In this document: one piece after another, positions 51,010-63,616 of the stretch | How the letters are laid out: each line of letters begins with the position of its first letter | Numbering within the stretch: position 1 is the stretch's first letter | Origin: Nannocystis pusilla | GTDB lineage: Bacteria; Myxococcota_A; Polyangia; Nannocystales; Nannocystaceae | NCBI RefSeq assembly: GCF_026626665.1 | Contig: NZ_JAPNKE010000002.1 | Span: 1,421,204 to 1,485,203 of the forward strand | DNA: 64,000 bases | Direction of reading: 5' to 3' | The notes under the pieces: model-generated | Seen by the model: only the letters and a program-made list of their open reading frames with translations | Database searches by the model: none | Told to the model about the DNA's origin: nothing | Program-made: the position numbers and the translations under genes

Positions 51010-52017
51010 TCACTGCGGCAGGCAGGCGCTCGGGGCGGCGGCGCCGGCGAAGGTCGGGCCCATGTCGCGGTAGGTGTGGGCGCGCCAGAAGTCGCGCGGG
51101 TCCTCGGCGAGCTGGAGGGTGCGGTCGTCGCCGCTGCCGCTGACGAGGATCGCGGTCTCGAGTCCGTCGTGGCGCAGCGGGAACGACAGGGCCAGGCGAT
51201 CGCCGCGCTGGCGGTAGGTCAGGGTCTCGGTGGTCCACTCGTCGTAGTCGCCGCGGTGGTGCCAGCCGACGCCGCGGCCGTCGATCGCCTGGGGCTGGAA
51301 TTGGTAGATCGAGAAGCCCATGCCGCCGGTGGCGTAACGGACCTCCTCGCCCCACAGGCGCCCGCCGATCCGCTCGGCGGCGGCGAGGGGCGCGGGGGTA
51401 CCTGGCTCTCGGGGCAGGTCGGTGGCGAGGGGCTCGGGCGCACCTGGCTCTCGGGGCAGGTCGGCGGCGGCGGCGAGGGCACCCGTCACCCGCGACGAGT
51501 CGCCGGCGAGGGACCCGGGGGTGGAGGCTCCTGGCTTTTGGGGCAGGTCGCCGGCGGGGTCGAAGCAGGGCGCGCCGGTGGCGGCCGCCGGGGCCTTGAA
51601 GTAGCGGGCGCCGCCGGGCTCGCGCGGGTCGTCGTCGAGGACCAGCCAGGTGCGACCGCCCTGCTCCTCGAGGCGATAGGGGACGCGGCGCCGCTCGCCG
51701 GTCTTGCGGAAGGTGAGCTCGAGGTGGCCGCCTTCGGCGCGGTAGTCGAAGCTGTGGGTGTTGGTGAGGCCGACCTTGCCGTAGCGGTAGAGGCCGAAGC
51801 CGCCCTCGTGGAAGAAGTAGAAGCGCATGCGGTCGCCCTCGGCGAGGGCGTCCCAGCGGTGCCAGACGCCCAGCAGGTCGGGGTCGACGGCGTCGGCGTC
51901 GCAGGTGTCCTCGGGGACAGGCTCGCCGGCGTCGGGCGCCCAGGCGGCGATGAACGGGGCCGACAGCGCGAGGACCGCGAGGAGGTAGACGCTCGAGAGG
52001 CAGAAGGGGCGCCGCAT
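51010..52017 (-). CDS. Secreted hypothetical protein with internal DLPREPG tandem repeat
   Basis: ATG at 52017 gives MRRPFCLSSVYLLAVLALSAPFIAAWA (signal peptide). The coding tandem repeat at ~51395-51490 encodes DLPREPGAPEPLATDLPREPGTPAPLA. Confidence 0.45.
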   Translation of the reverse strand: MRRPFCLSSVYLLAVLALSAPFIAAWAPDAGEPVPEDTCDADAVDPDLLGVWHRWDALAEGDRMRFYFFHEGGFGLYRYGKVGLTNTHSFDYRAEGGHLELTFRKTGERRRVPYRLEEQGGRTWLVLDDDPREPGGARYFKAPAAATGAPCFDPAGDLPQKPGASTPGSLAGDSSRVTGALAAAADLPREPGAPEPLATDLPREPGTPAPLAAAERIGGRLWGEEVRYATGGMGFSIYQFQPQAIDGRGVGWHHRGDYDEWTTETLTYRQRGDRLALSFPLRHDGLETAILVSGSGDDRTLQLAEDPRDFWRAHTYRDMGPTFAGAAAPSACLPQ

Positions 52018-52328
52018 GGCGAGATGGTAGCACGCACCGCCGCCGGGCCCGCCGGGCCGGGGCCGGGCTCGCCGTCGCGGCCGGGGGGGCGTCGGACCGG
52101 GCGCCGGGCGTCGGGCGCGAGGGCTGCGCGAGCGAGGTGAAGCGCACGAACTCTCGGGCTCGCAAGGGAGGCCGCGGCGACCTCGGGGCCGTCGCGCGGG
52201 CGTTCGCGTCGGTGTCCGAAGGGGGCCTCGAGACGCGCACGTCTGCGACCGGGCAGAGCCTCGTCGCACCCGCGCGAGGGGGCGGCGGCGAGGTTGCACG
52301 CGCGGTCGCTTTCCGGCAAAAGCCGGCC

Positions 52329-52928
52329 ATGACCGAGCCCGCCCCGCAGACCCCGCCTGTCCTCGTCCTCGCGTCGGCGTCGCCGCGGCGGGCCGAACTG
52401 CTGCGCTCGGCGGGGATCGCGTGTACGCGCGCGCCGGTCGACGCCGACGAGACGTGGCTGCCCGGCGAGCCGCCGCCGGTGTACGTCGAGCGGGTGGCGC
52501 GGGCCAAGGCCGACCTGGCCTTGCAGCCAGATGTGGTGGTGCTGGCGGCCGACACCACGGTCTGGCTCGAAGGACAGGTCGAACCGCTGGCGAAGGCGGC
52601 CGACCGCGCGGAGGCGGCGGCGATGCTGACGCGGCTGGCGGGCCGCTCCCACTTCACGACGACGGCGGTGGCGATCGCGGACCTCCGCGGGCCCGAGGTC
52701 CGCTGGCACCCGTTCGCGGTGACGACGACGGTGTGGTTCCGGCCGCTGACGCCGGCGCAGATCGATCGCTACCTCGACACGGAGGAGTGGCGCGACAAGG
52801 CGGGGGCCTACGGGATCCAGGGCGCGGCGGCCGGGCTGGTGCGCAAGATCGAGGGCAGCTACACGAACGTGGTCGGTCTGCCGCTCGCGGAGGTGGTGGA
52901 GCTGCTGGAGTCGCTCGGGGTGGCCTGA
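52329..52928 (+). CDS. maf: Maf-like nucleotide pyrophosphatase
   Basis: VLVLASASPRRAELL N-terminal motif; AYGIQG. Confidence 0.8.
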   Translation: MTEPAPQTPPVLVLASASPRRAELLRSAGIACTRAPVDADETWLPGEPPPVYVERVARAKADLALQPDVVVLAADTTVWLEGQVEPLAKAADRAEAAAMLTRLAGRSHFTTTAVAIADLRGPEVRWHPFAVTTTVWFRPLTPAQIDRYLDTEEWRDKAGAYGIQGAAAGLVRKIEGSYTNVVGLPLAEVVELLESLGVA

Positions 52929-53010
52929 GCGAGGCGCGCGGACGGGACGCGATCGGGGCCGAGGCGCGGCGGTCGGTTCAGGCTCAGGCAGACGCGACGG
53001 GTGTCTTTGA

Positions 53011-53046
53011 GGACAGGGCCCATGGGACATGCCCGATGGGTCAGGC
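53011..53046. repeat. GGACAGGGCCCATGGGACATGCCCGATGGGTCAGG, a GGACATG-family element
   Basis: Intergenic, between the convergent maf and lipoprotein genes. Confidence 0.55.
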
Positions 53047-53047
53047 G

Positions 53048-54279
53048 TCAGCCCTCGGGCGCGCCGAGCTTGTCGCCGACCTCGCACAGGAAGTGCGGGC
53101 TCGACCAACCCTTGCCGTTCAGGTTGATCGCCTCGTAGCCGGTGAGGACGGGCGGCTGCACGTCGAGGTTCCAGTTGAAGTAGAGCGAGCAGCCGGCGCA
53201 GTTGGTGGTGCCTGGCTCTTTAAAGATCTTGTCGGTGACCCAGTAGGGCATCACGACGTCGGGGGCCTGCGGATCGGGCTTGGCGGCCCACTGCGGGCAG
53301 TCCTCGCTGTTGAGCGGCTTGCTCTCGCAGCTGAGGCCCGGGGTGACGGGATAGATGCCCATGATCGAGAGGTAGCCGGCGGCGTCGCTGTCGACGGCGA
53401 CGGTCGGGGGATAGTCGCCGTTGGTGTGGACCGGGGCGAACTCGGCGGCGCTCGCGGCGGTGACCGCGGCTCGCAGGTGCTCTTGGGTGCGCGGGGAGAA
53501 CAGGCGCAGGCCCCACGAGGCGCACTTCTCCTCGGCTTGCGCCGCGGTGAGCGGCTCGCCGATGAACTTGTCCGGATCCGGCGGGTTCGGGACCAGCGTG
53601 CCCGAGGCGTACTTCAAAAAGTGTAGCCGCCGCCGTCGGCCTGCATGTCGCACCAGACGGTCAGCTGCCTGTCCAGACGCCGGATCGAGTAGAGGCCGGT
53701 CTCGGCCGCGTCGCCCCAGCCGGTCCGGATGTCGAGGCACGAGGTCGCCTGCGTGCAGTCGGGGAGGCATCCGTACATCAGCTCGGGGTCGTCGCAGACC
53801 TCGCCGTCGGCCGCCTGCAACGTGCCGTCGCCGCAGTGGGGGGAGAAGTCCTTGCAGTACTTGCCGCAGTGGCCGTAGGTGCCGTTCTTGCCCTTGCCGT
53901 CGTCGCAGACCTCGTCGCCGGTCTCGATCAGGCCGTCGCCGCAGATGTTCCAGCGGCACGAAGCGGTGCACGTGCGATCGTCGCCGTTGGCGTCGCCCTC
54001 GTCGCACTGCTCGGGCACGTCGATCTTGCCGTTGCCGCACGGCGCGGGCGTCGGGTCGCCGGTCGAGCCGCTGTCGCCGTCGCTGCCGCCCGGATCGACG
54101 GTGGTGGTCATGATGCCGGGAAACGTGGTGCCGCTGCTGCTGCTGCCGCCGGCAGACGCCTCGGCCGCGGTCGGATCGATCTGCCCGCCGTTGCGATCGA
54201 GACAGCCCGCCAGCATCAGAGCCACAGCGATGCGCCAGTCGACGCCCACCCGGACGCGAAGAGGGATGCGTGCGTGCAT
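53048..54279 (-). CDS. Lipoprotein with Myxococcus-type cysteine-rich repeats (CxxCGDG...CDDG), apparent 1-nt frameshift in a T-run near 53620-53630
   Basis: MHARIPLRVRVGVDWRIAVALMLAGC lipobox. The repeats read CGNGKIDVPEQCDEGDANGDD..C, CGDGLIETGDEVCDDG and CGDGTLQAADGEVCDDPE. The C-terminal ~200 aa are in the frame of ORF 53048-54340. Confidence 0.5.
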
Positions 54280-54408
54280 GCGACTCGTTCCCGCTGCCGC
54301 TGAGGGAACAACGGGAGCGGGCAATTGCAACGTTGCACACGCAACCACCCGGCGCCGGCCCCGGCCGTGCGACTGACTAAAGTGCAAGCTGGATTACAAA
54401 GCTTGCAG

Positions 54409-55608
54409 TCACTCGCTCGGCGCGGTGACCCGCTGCGGCTGCACGCGAGAGCTCCGCAGCATGTCCTGGAACGGGTTGTCGTCGCGCCAGACGTCGCCCG
54501 CGAGCATGCTGATGAGGCCGCGCCGCAGCTGGGGGTCGGGCGTGCGGGCGAAGAACAGGTGCGACACGAGCCGCGTGTGGTAAAAGCGGCGGATCAGCTG
54601 CTCGAAGCTGTCGTAGGCGACCTGCATGGTGGCGTGGACCGGGGCCATGAGATCGGCCGCGGCCTCGCGGCCCTCGGCGAGCGCCGGGACGAGGAGGTCG
54701 ACGGTGCGCTCGGCGCCCAGCATCGCCAGCGAGACGCCCGACGAGAACACGGGGTCGAGGAATGCGCAGGCGTCGCCGACGCAGGCCCAGCGCGGGCCGG
54801 AGGGGCGGGTGTTCTTGTAGCTCCAGTTGCGGATCGTCCGCGTGGCGCTGCGCGTGGCCCCGGCGGTGAGCCGACGGCACAGCGGCGAGGCAGCCAGGGC
54901 GGCCTCGAAGGCGTCGTCGTCGAGCTTGCCCCGCCACTTCACGAGGCCGACGCTGAGCCGACCGCCGTGCATGGGGATGAGCCAGTGCCAGCCGTCCTCG
55001 ACGATCAGCACCTTGATGTTGCCCTGCTCGCCGAGCTCGGCGCGGACCTCGGGCGAGAGGTCGTCGAAGTGGCAGAAGACGGCGGCGCGCCCGAGCTCGT
55101 GCAGCGGGGCGATCGTGCGGGCGCCGCGGCCGAGCATGGCGTCCTGGCCGGTGCAGTCGAGGAGGAAGCGGGCCTTGTGCTCCTCGCGCTCGGTGACGAC
55201 GCGGACGTGATCGGCGGCGAACTCGATGTCGCGCACGCGCTCGGCGAAGCGGATGTCGGCGCCGTGGCTCCTGGCGACGTCGCACAGCATGGTGTCGAAG
55301 CTGGCGCGGTCGACCTGCCAGGCGTGCGAGGGCGTGCCCTCGAGGCCGTCGGCGAAGCTGAAGAAGGCGAACTCGCCGGTGCGCTCGTCGATGAACTCGG
55401 CGCCCTGCTTGAACTGCCAGCGCGTGCGATCCATGGCGACGCCGAGGCGGGCGAAGATCGGCAGGTCGATCGGCAGCAGCGACTCGCCGATGTGGAAGCG
55501 CGGGAACACGTCCTTGTCGAGCGTGACGGCCCGGACGCCCGCCTGCGCGAGCAAGTTGGCGGCGGTCGATCCGGCCGGGCCGGCCCCGACGATCAGGACG
55601 TCGTGCAT
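54409..55608 (-). CDS. Flavin-dependent halogenase-like FAD oxidoreductase (GxGxxG, WxWxIP, FxDPxFSxG motifs)
   Basis: VLIVGAGPAGSTAA; GWHWLIP; FLDPVFSSG. This motif combination is characteristic of tryptophan-halogenase-type enzymes, but substrate and halide use are unverifiable here. Confidence 0.55.
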   Translation of the reverse strand: MHDVLIVGAGPAGSTAANLLAQAGVRAVTLDKDVFPRFHIGESLLPIDLPIFARLGVAMDRTRWQFKQGAEFIDERTGEFAFFSFADGLEGTPSHAWQVDRASFDTMLCDVARSHGADIRFAERVRDIEFAADHVRVVTEREEHKARFLLDCTGQDAMLGRGARTIAPLHELGRAAVFCHFDDLSPEVRAELGEQGNIKVLIVEDGWHWLIPMHGGRLSVGLVKWRGKLDDDAFEAALAASPLCRRLTAGATRSATRTIRNWSYKNTRPSGPRWACVGDACAFLDPVFSSGVSLAMLGAERTVDLLVPALAEGREAAADLMAPVHATMQVAYDSFEQLIRRFYHTRLVSHLFFARTPDPQLRRGLISMLAGDVWRDDNPFQDMLRSSRVQPQRVTAPSE

Positions 55609-55615
55609 GACCGGG

Positions 55616-56338
55616 TCATACCATGCCGCCGTTGATGCCGATCACCTGACCGGTGATGTACGCGGCGGCGTCGCTGGCGAGGAAGGCGACCAGCGCGGCG
55701 ACCTCGGGGGCGGTGCCGAGCCGCTGCGCGGGGATCCGCGGCATCACGTGGTCGAGCGGGACGTCTTTGATCATGTCGGTGTCGACGAGGCCCGGCGACA
55801 CCGCGTTGACGGTGACGCCCTTGCGGGCGAGCTCGAGCGCCAGCGATTTGGTCGCGCCGATGACGCCGGCCTTGGCCGCGGCGTAGGCGACCTGCCCGCG
55901 GTTGCCGAGCTGGGCCGAGACGGAGCTCATGGTGATGATCCGGCCCCACTTGCGCCGCACCATCGGCATGATCACCGGGCGGGTCACGTTGTAGAAGCCG
56001 CCCAGGCTGGTCCGAAGGACAGCTTCCCAGTCGGCCCGCTCGAGCGCGGGGAACGGGGCGTCGCGGGCGATCCCGGCGTTGTTGACGAGGACCCCGAGCG
56101 GCCGCGGGTCGGCGAGGATGGCGTTCATCGCCGCGTCGGCGGCCGCGTCGTCGCCGACGTCGAAGCGGCTGAGGACGACCTCGCCGCCGGCGGCGCGGAT
56201 CCGGGCGGCGACGGCCTCGGCGGCGGCGTCGTCGCTGCGGTAGTTGAGGATGATGGGGTGGCCGGCGGCCGCGAGGGCCTCGGCGATCGCGGCGCCGATC
56301 CCTCGACTGGCGCCGGTGACGAGCGCGCGTGGCTTCAT
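55616..56338 (-). CDS. fabG: 3-oxoacyl-ACP reductase
   Basis: TGASRGIG, NNAG and YAAAKAG (YxxxK) SDR motifs. Confidence 0.8.
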   Translation of the reverse strand: MKPRALVTGASRGIGAAIAEALAAAGHPIILNYRSDDAAAEAVAARIRAAGGEVVLSRFDVGDDAAADAAMNAILADPRPLGVLVNNAGIARDAPFPALERADWEAVLRTSLGGFYNVTRPVIMPMVRRKWGRIITMSSVSAQLGNRGQVAYAAAKAGVIGATKSLALELARKGVTVNAVSPGLVDTDMIKDVPLDHVMPRIPAQRLGTAPEVAALVAFLASDAAAYITGQVIGINGGMV

Positions 56339-56784
56339 GCGGGGCTCCCTGCGGAGGTGCTGGATGGGGCGGTGGAGACGACGGATAGCACGGCCTCGGC
56401 CAGCGGCTGGCCGCGGCGCGTGACGGCGGCGCGGTACTCGGCCATGGCGCCGGCGAACACGCGGGTGGCGACGATCTGCAGCGGGTCGCCGACGGCGAGG
56501 TGCTCGGCGTGCAGGTCGAAGTTGCGGCAGGCGGCGATGAGGCCGAGCGCCGGCGGCTGATGGTCGGCGCGCGCGCGCAGGCCGGCGAACGCGGCGATCG
56601 CCTGGGCCATGTACTCGAGCAAGACCGAGGCGTGGACCCGGCCGTCGATGACGAACAGGTTGTCGGGGCGGACCTGCGCCGCGCAGGTGATGTCGTCGGC
56701 GCCGGCGGCCACGACCTCGTCGAGCAGCAGCATCGGCGGGCGCTGCGGGACCAGCTCGGCCACCGGCGGGAAGGCGGCGGTCAT
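56335..56784 (-). CDS. Hotdog-fold 3-hydroxyacyl-ACP dehydratase (FabZ/ApeI-like)
   Basis: 150 aa with MLLLDEV...HASVLLEYMAQ context. ATGA overlaps on both sides. Confidence 0.5.
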   Translation of the reverse strand: MTAAFPPVAELVPQRPPMLLLDEVVAAGADDITCAAQVRPDNLFVIDGRVHASVLLEYMAQAIAAFAGLRARADHQPPALGLIAACRNFDLHAEHLAVGDPLQIVATRVFAGAMAEYRAAVTRRGQPLAEAVLSVVSTAPSSTSAGSPA

Positions 56785-57584
56785 GCCCCGGCTCCGAGTG
56801 TGCACTGCCAGCCGACCGCGAGGTGCGGCTCGAGGGCGATCCGCGCCGGGGCGCCGGCGGCCAGCGCCTCGACCAGGGCGAGCGCGGCGGCGCACGGGTT
56901 TTCGGCCAGGGCGGCCGGGACCGGACGTGGCGCCGGGAGCATGTCGCTGGGGCCATGTTCGAGGCGACATGTCCTCGCGGGCATGTCGCCGGGGACAGGC
57001 GCCGACAGGGCGAAGGCGGCGGCGAACGGGTCCCAGCGGCGGCCGGCGGCCAGCGGCTCGGGCAGCGGCTCCTCGGCGATCACGAGCACCACGTCGCCCT
57101 CGCCGGCGGCCACGAGGGCGGCGCACTCGACGAGGCCCATGGCGAGGGTGCTGCGGCCGGCCGACAGCGCGGCGTTGCCGGCCCGGTTGCCGGTGGCGAT
57201 CGAGACGTAGCCGGCGGCCGTGTTGTGGACGCTGTTGTGGAACTTGGTCGGCGACAGCGGCTCGCCGGCGACGAGCAGGGCGGCGAGCAGGTCGAGGGTG
57301 GTGCGGATCTCGCCGTAGACGGAGCCGTAGACGAGGGTGGCCGCGGCCCGGTCGACGCCGCCGTCCTGCAGCGCCTGGGCCGCGACCTCGGCGGCCATGC
57401 GGGTGAGCAGGCTGGTGCGCCGGCGCATCATCGGCGGCAGCAGCTCGGCCTTCGGGGCGGAGGGCTCGGTCGGCGGCGCCTGTCCTTCGGGCCAGGTGTC
57501 GGGCCGGGCCCGCCAGGCGGCGAGGTCGGGGTAGCCTGGGGTCCAGAAGCCGAGGCCGCGGACGGTGAAGGCGAGCGCGCTCAT
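56781..57584 (-). CDS. Beta-ketoacyl synthase N-terminal-domain protein without catalytic Cys (chain-length-factor-like, PF13723-like)
   Basis: MSALAFTVRGLGFWTPGY...TKFHNSVHNTAAGYVSI matches the KS-N family found in aryl-polyene-type clusters. It contains an in-frame GGACATG-repeat insert. Confidence 0.45.
   Translation of the reverse strand: MSALAFTVRGLGFWTPGYPDLAAWRARPDTWPEGQAPPTEPSAPKAELLPPMMRRRTSLLTRMAAEVAAQALQDGGVDRAAATLVYGSVYGEIRTTLDLLAALLVAGEPLSPTKFHNSVHNTAAGYVSIATGNRAGNAALSAGRSTLAMGLVECAALVAAGEGDVVLVIAEEPLPEPLAAGRRWDPFAAAFALSAPVPGDMPARTCRLEHGPSDMLPAPRPVPAALAENPCAAALALVEALAAGAPARIALEPHLAVGWQCTLGAGA
56931..57010. repeat. GGGCATGTCGC...GCGACATGTCCTCGCGGGCATGTCGCC repeat cluster lying in frame inside the KS-N-like CDS
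   Basis: Encodes ...PGDMPARTCRLEHGPSDMLPAP... on the minus strand. Confidence 0.55.
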
Positions 57585-57617
57585 GCCGGGCCTCGGACGA
57601 GGCGTGGGGTCAGAGCT

Positions 57618-57729
57618 GAACTTCGGGACATGGCCCGGAAGACCTGTACGAAAGAGCAGCCGCACGGACAGAGGCGCCGCCGGGGAGGTGTCGTCGGGGA
57701 CATGTCCCGGGAGACCTGTCGGAAGGTGC
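57618..57729. repeat. Two GGACATG-family units (GAACTTCGGGACATGGCCCGGAAGACCTGTACG and GGGGACATGTCCCGGGAGACCTGTCGGAAGG)
   Basis: Intergenic, between the KAS stop (57730) and the KS-N-like start (57584). Confidence 0.65.
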
Positions 57730-58911
57730 TCATGCGGGGCCTCCGACGAGGACGCTGCAGTTGCTGCCGCCGAACGCGAACGAGTTGCTGAGCGCGGCGC
57801 GGGTGGGGACGTCGCGGCGGGCGGTGACCACGTCGACCGCGAGGGTGTCGTCGAGCGGGTCGGCGCCGACGCTGGCGGGCAGGTAGCGGCCAGCGATGGC
57901 GTCGATCACGAAGGCGACCTCGGTGGCGCCGGCGGCCCCGAGCATGTGCCCGGTGTAGCCCTTGGTGGCGACGACCGCGGGCGCGGTGGCGCCGGCGAAC
58001 ACGGCCCGGATCGCCGCGCTCTCCATGCTGTCGTTCTGCTTGGTGCCGGTGCCGTGGGCGTTGACGTGGTCGACGTCGGCGGCGGAGAGGCCCGCGTGCC
58101 GGAGCGCGCGCTCCATCGCCAGGCGCGCGCCGAGGCCCTCGGGGTGCGGGCTCGTCATGTGGTAGGCGTCGGAGCTCTCGCCGACGCCGAGCAGGCGGGC
58201 CGGGCCTTCACCTGTCCGTTCGACCAGGAGCAGCGCGGCGCCCTCGCCGATGTTGATGCCGGCGCGCTCGCTCGAGAACGGGCGACATGGCCGCGAGGAC
58301 AGGACCTCGAGCCCGGCGAAGCCGCGCACGGTGAGGCGGCACAGGCTGTCGACGCCGCCGACCAACACCGCGTCGCACAGGCCGGCGGCGAGCAATCGCT
58401 GGGCCGAGGCGAACACCTTGGCGGACGAGGAGCAGGCGGTCGAGACGACGTAGGCCGGGCCGCCGAGGCCGCCGCCGAGGACGCGAGCGACGTGCAGGAC
58501 GGCGTCGAGGGCGTGCGAGGTCTCGACGTCGTAGTCGGCCGGGAGGGCGCCGCCGTGGGCCTGCGCGTGGGCGTAGGCCGTCTCGCTGGCCTCGATGCCG
58601 CCGGTGCTGGTGCCGAGGACGACGGCGACGCGGTCCGAGCCCCAGCGGGCGCGCGCGCGATCCAGCGGGGCCTGCAGCTCGGCCAGCGCGACGGCGGCGA
58701 TCCGCGTCTGCCGGGTGTCGCGGACCGGGCCGAGGAAGCCGGGCAGCGGCGGCAGCGGGGTCGGGATGGCGCCGACGACCGCGTCGAGCTCGAACTCGGC
58801 GGGGCACGGGCCGAGGCCGGAGCGACCGGCACGCAAGGCCGCGAGCACCGCGGCGGTGCTGTCGCCCATGCCGTTGCACAGGGCCATGGCGGTGATGGGG
58901 TACGGCTGCAT
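57730..58911 (-). CDS. Beta-ketoacyl-ACP synthase (FabF/FabB-like KAS I/II)
   Basis: STACSSS active-site Cys, HVNAHGTGT and GHMLGAAG His/Gly motifs. Confidence 0.8.
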   Translation of the reverse strand: MQPYPITAMALCNGMGDSTAAVLAALRAGRSGLGPCPAEFELDAVVGAIPTPLPPLPGFLGPVRDTRQTRIAAVALAELQAPLDRARARWGSDRVAVVLGTSTGGIEASETAYAHAQAHGGALPADYDVETSHALDAVLHVARVLGGGLGGPAYVVSTACSSSAKVFASAQRLLAAGLCDAVLVGGVDSLCRLTVRGFAGLEVLSSRPCRPFSSERAGINIGEGAALLLVERTGEGPARLLGVGESSDAYHMTSPHPEGLGARLAMERALRHAGLSAADVDHVNAHGTGTKQNDSMESAAIRAVFAGATAPAVVATKGYTGHMLGAAGATEVAFVIDAIAGRYLPASVGADPLDDTLAVDVVTARRDVPTRAALSNSFAFGGSNCSVLVGGPA

Positions 58912-58935
58912 GACGGCGAGGGCGGGCGCGGCCGA

Positions 58936-60193
58936 TCAGAGGCCGGGGGCCGGGAAGGCGCGCAGGAACTCGCGCACGCGGCCGCGGTGGACCTCGCAGC
59001 GGGCGTCGTCAGCGTTCTCGACGGCGAGGGCGACGCCGTCGGCGATCAGGTCGGCGACGACCGGCATGTGATGGACCTCGATGCCGCGCGAGGTGATGGC
59101 GGCCAGGCCGATGCGCAGGCCCGAGGGGTCGAACGGCTTGCGCGGGTCGAACGGGATGGCGTTGGCGTTGAGCTCGATGCCGCAGCGGTTGAGCACGCGC
59201 GCGACGTGGCGGCCGCCCTGGCCGGTGGGCGTCAGATCGAGGAGCAACAAGTGGTTGTCGGTGCCGCCCGACACGAGGACGTGGCCGCGGGCGATCAGGG
59301 CCTCCGCGAGGGCCTGGGCGTTGGCGACGATCTGATGCGCATAGTCGCGGAAGCTCGGCTGCAGCGCCTCGCGGAAGGCGACGGCCTTGGCGGCGGTGGT
59401 GTGGCAGTGCGGGCCGCCCTGCAGGCCGGGGAACACGGCCTTGTCGATCGCGGCCGCGTGCTCGGCCTTGCTGAGGATGAGGCCGCCGCGCGGGCCGCGG
59501 AGCGTCTTGTGCGTGGTGGTGGTGACGACGTCGGCGTGCGGCACGGGGCTCGGGTGCGCGCCGCCGGCGACGAGGCCGGCGATGTGCGCGATGTCGGCCG
59601 CGAGCCAGGCCCCGACCTCGCGCGCGATCGCGGCGAAGCCGGCGAAGTCGAGCTGGCGCGGGTAGGCCGAGTGACCGACCCAGATGAGCTTGGGGCGGTT
59701 GGCGAGCGCGAGGCTGCGGACCTCGTCGAGGTCGATGCGGTGGTCGTCGCGGCGGACGCCGTACTGGACGGCCTTGTAGTAGATGCCGGTGGCGCTGACC
59801 TTCCAGCCGTGGGTGAGGTGACCGCCCGCGGGGAGGGCCAGCCCCATGATGGTGTCGCCGGTCTGGCACAGGGCGAGCAGCGCGGCGAGGTTGGCCGGCG
59901 ATCCGCTGTAGGGCTGGACGTTGGCGTGATCGGCCCCGAACAGCTCGCGCGCGCGGGCGATGGCGAGGGACTCGATCGGGTCGACGAAGTCCATGCCCTC
60001 GTAGTAGCGCTTGCCCGGGTAGCCCTCGGCGTACTTGTTGGTGAGGCTGGTGCCGGTCGCGGCGAGCACGGCCTTCGACACGTATCTCGCTGGCGATGAG
60101 GCGCAGGCTGTCGCGCTGGCGCGCGTCCTCCTGCTCGATCAGCGCGAAGATCTCGGGGTCGGCGGCGGAGAGCTCGGGATCGCGGGCGTGCAC
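58936..60193 (-). CDS. glyA: Serine hydroxymethyltransferase, apparent 2-nt deletion near 60070-60075
   Basis: [17 protein letters not shown]-lysine motif and [16 protein letters not shown]. The N-terminal 40 aa ([25 protein letters not shown]) are in the frame of ORF 59009-60193, with GTG at 60193. Confidence 0.75.
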
Positions 60194-60404
60194 GCCCGAG
60201 GTTTTCCTGCTCGAAGGGTCGCGGAGTCAAGCCCGGCGGGCCGCGTCGGCGAAGGTCCCGACGCGGCCCCGAGTTCGCCGCAGGCCCGGACGGCGAATGC
60301 CGTTTCGCGGCCCGGCGCGGCGGCGCTGCGGCCGCTCCCCTGCAAACAGGGGCGCCGCGCGCCTCCAGGCCCACAACGCCGCCGGCCCTTGATACCATGC
60401 AGGC

Positions 60405-63376
<2,972 letters not shown>

Positions 63377-63412
63377 GCCGACGCGGCCGCGCCCGGGTCC
63401 TCTCGATGATTG

Positions 63413-63453
63413 TTTGGACATGCTCATGCAGACATGTCCGAAGAGTCTCCTTA
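63413..63453. repeat. TTGGACATGCTCATGCAGACATGTCCGAAGAGTC, two GGACATG-family units
   Basis: Intergenic, downstream of the kinase gene. Confidence 0.6.
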
Positions 63454-63616
63454 CATCGTCGCCGGCGGGCGCACCCGCGCGAGCGATCCTGGCCGGCGCG
63501 CCGACGCGCGCGTGCGATGTAACGTGTTCGTATGTACCTGTGACTGATCCATGAGGGGGTCGGGCTACGCTCATTCGGCTGGGGACCGGGCGTGATGGGC
63601 CCGGGGACAGAAGGCA

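Noticed and set aside
60194-60404. ZTP (pfl) riboswitch upstream of glyA
   Set aside because: glyA is a classic ZTP-regulated gene. I could not find the conserved pfl core (no GGGUCGUGAC-like or pseudoknot segments) in the 210-nt leader, so this is not supported.
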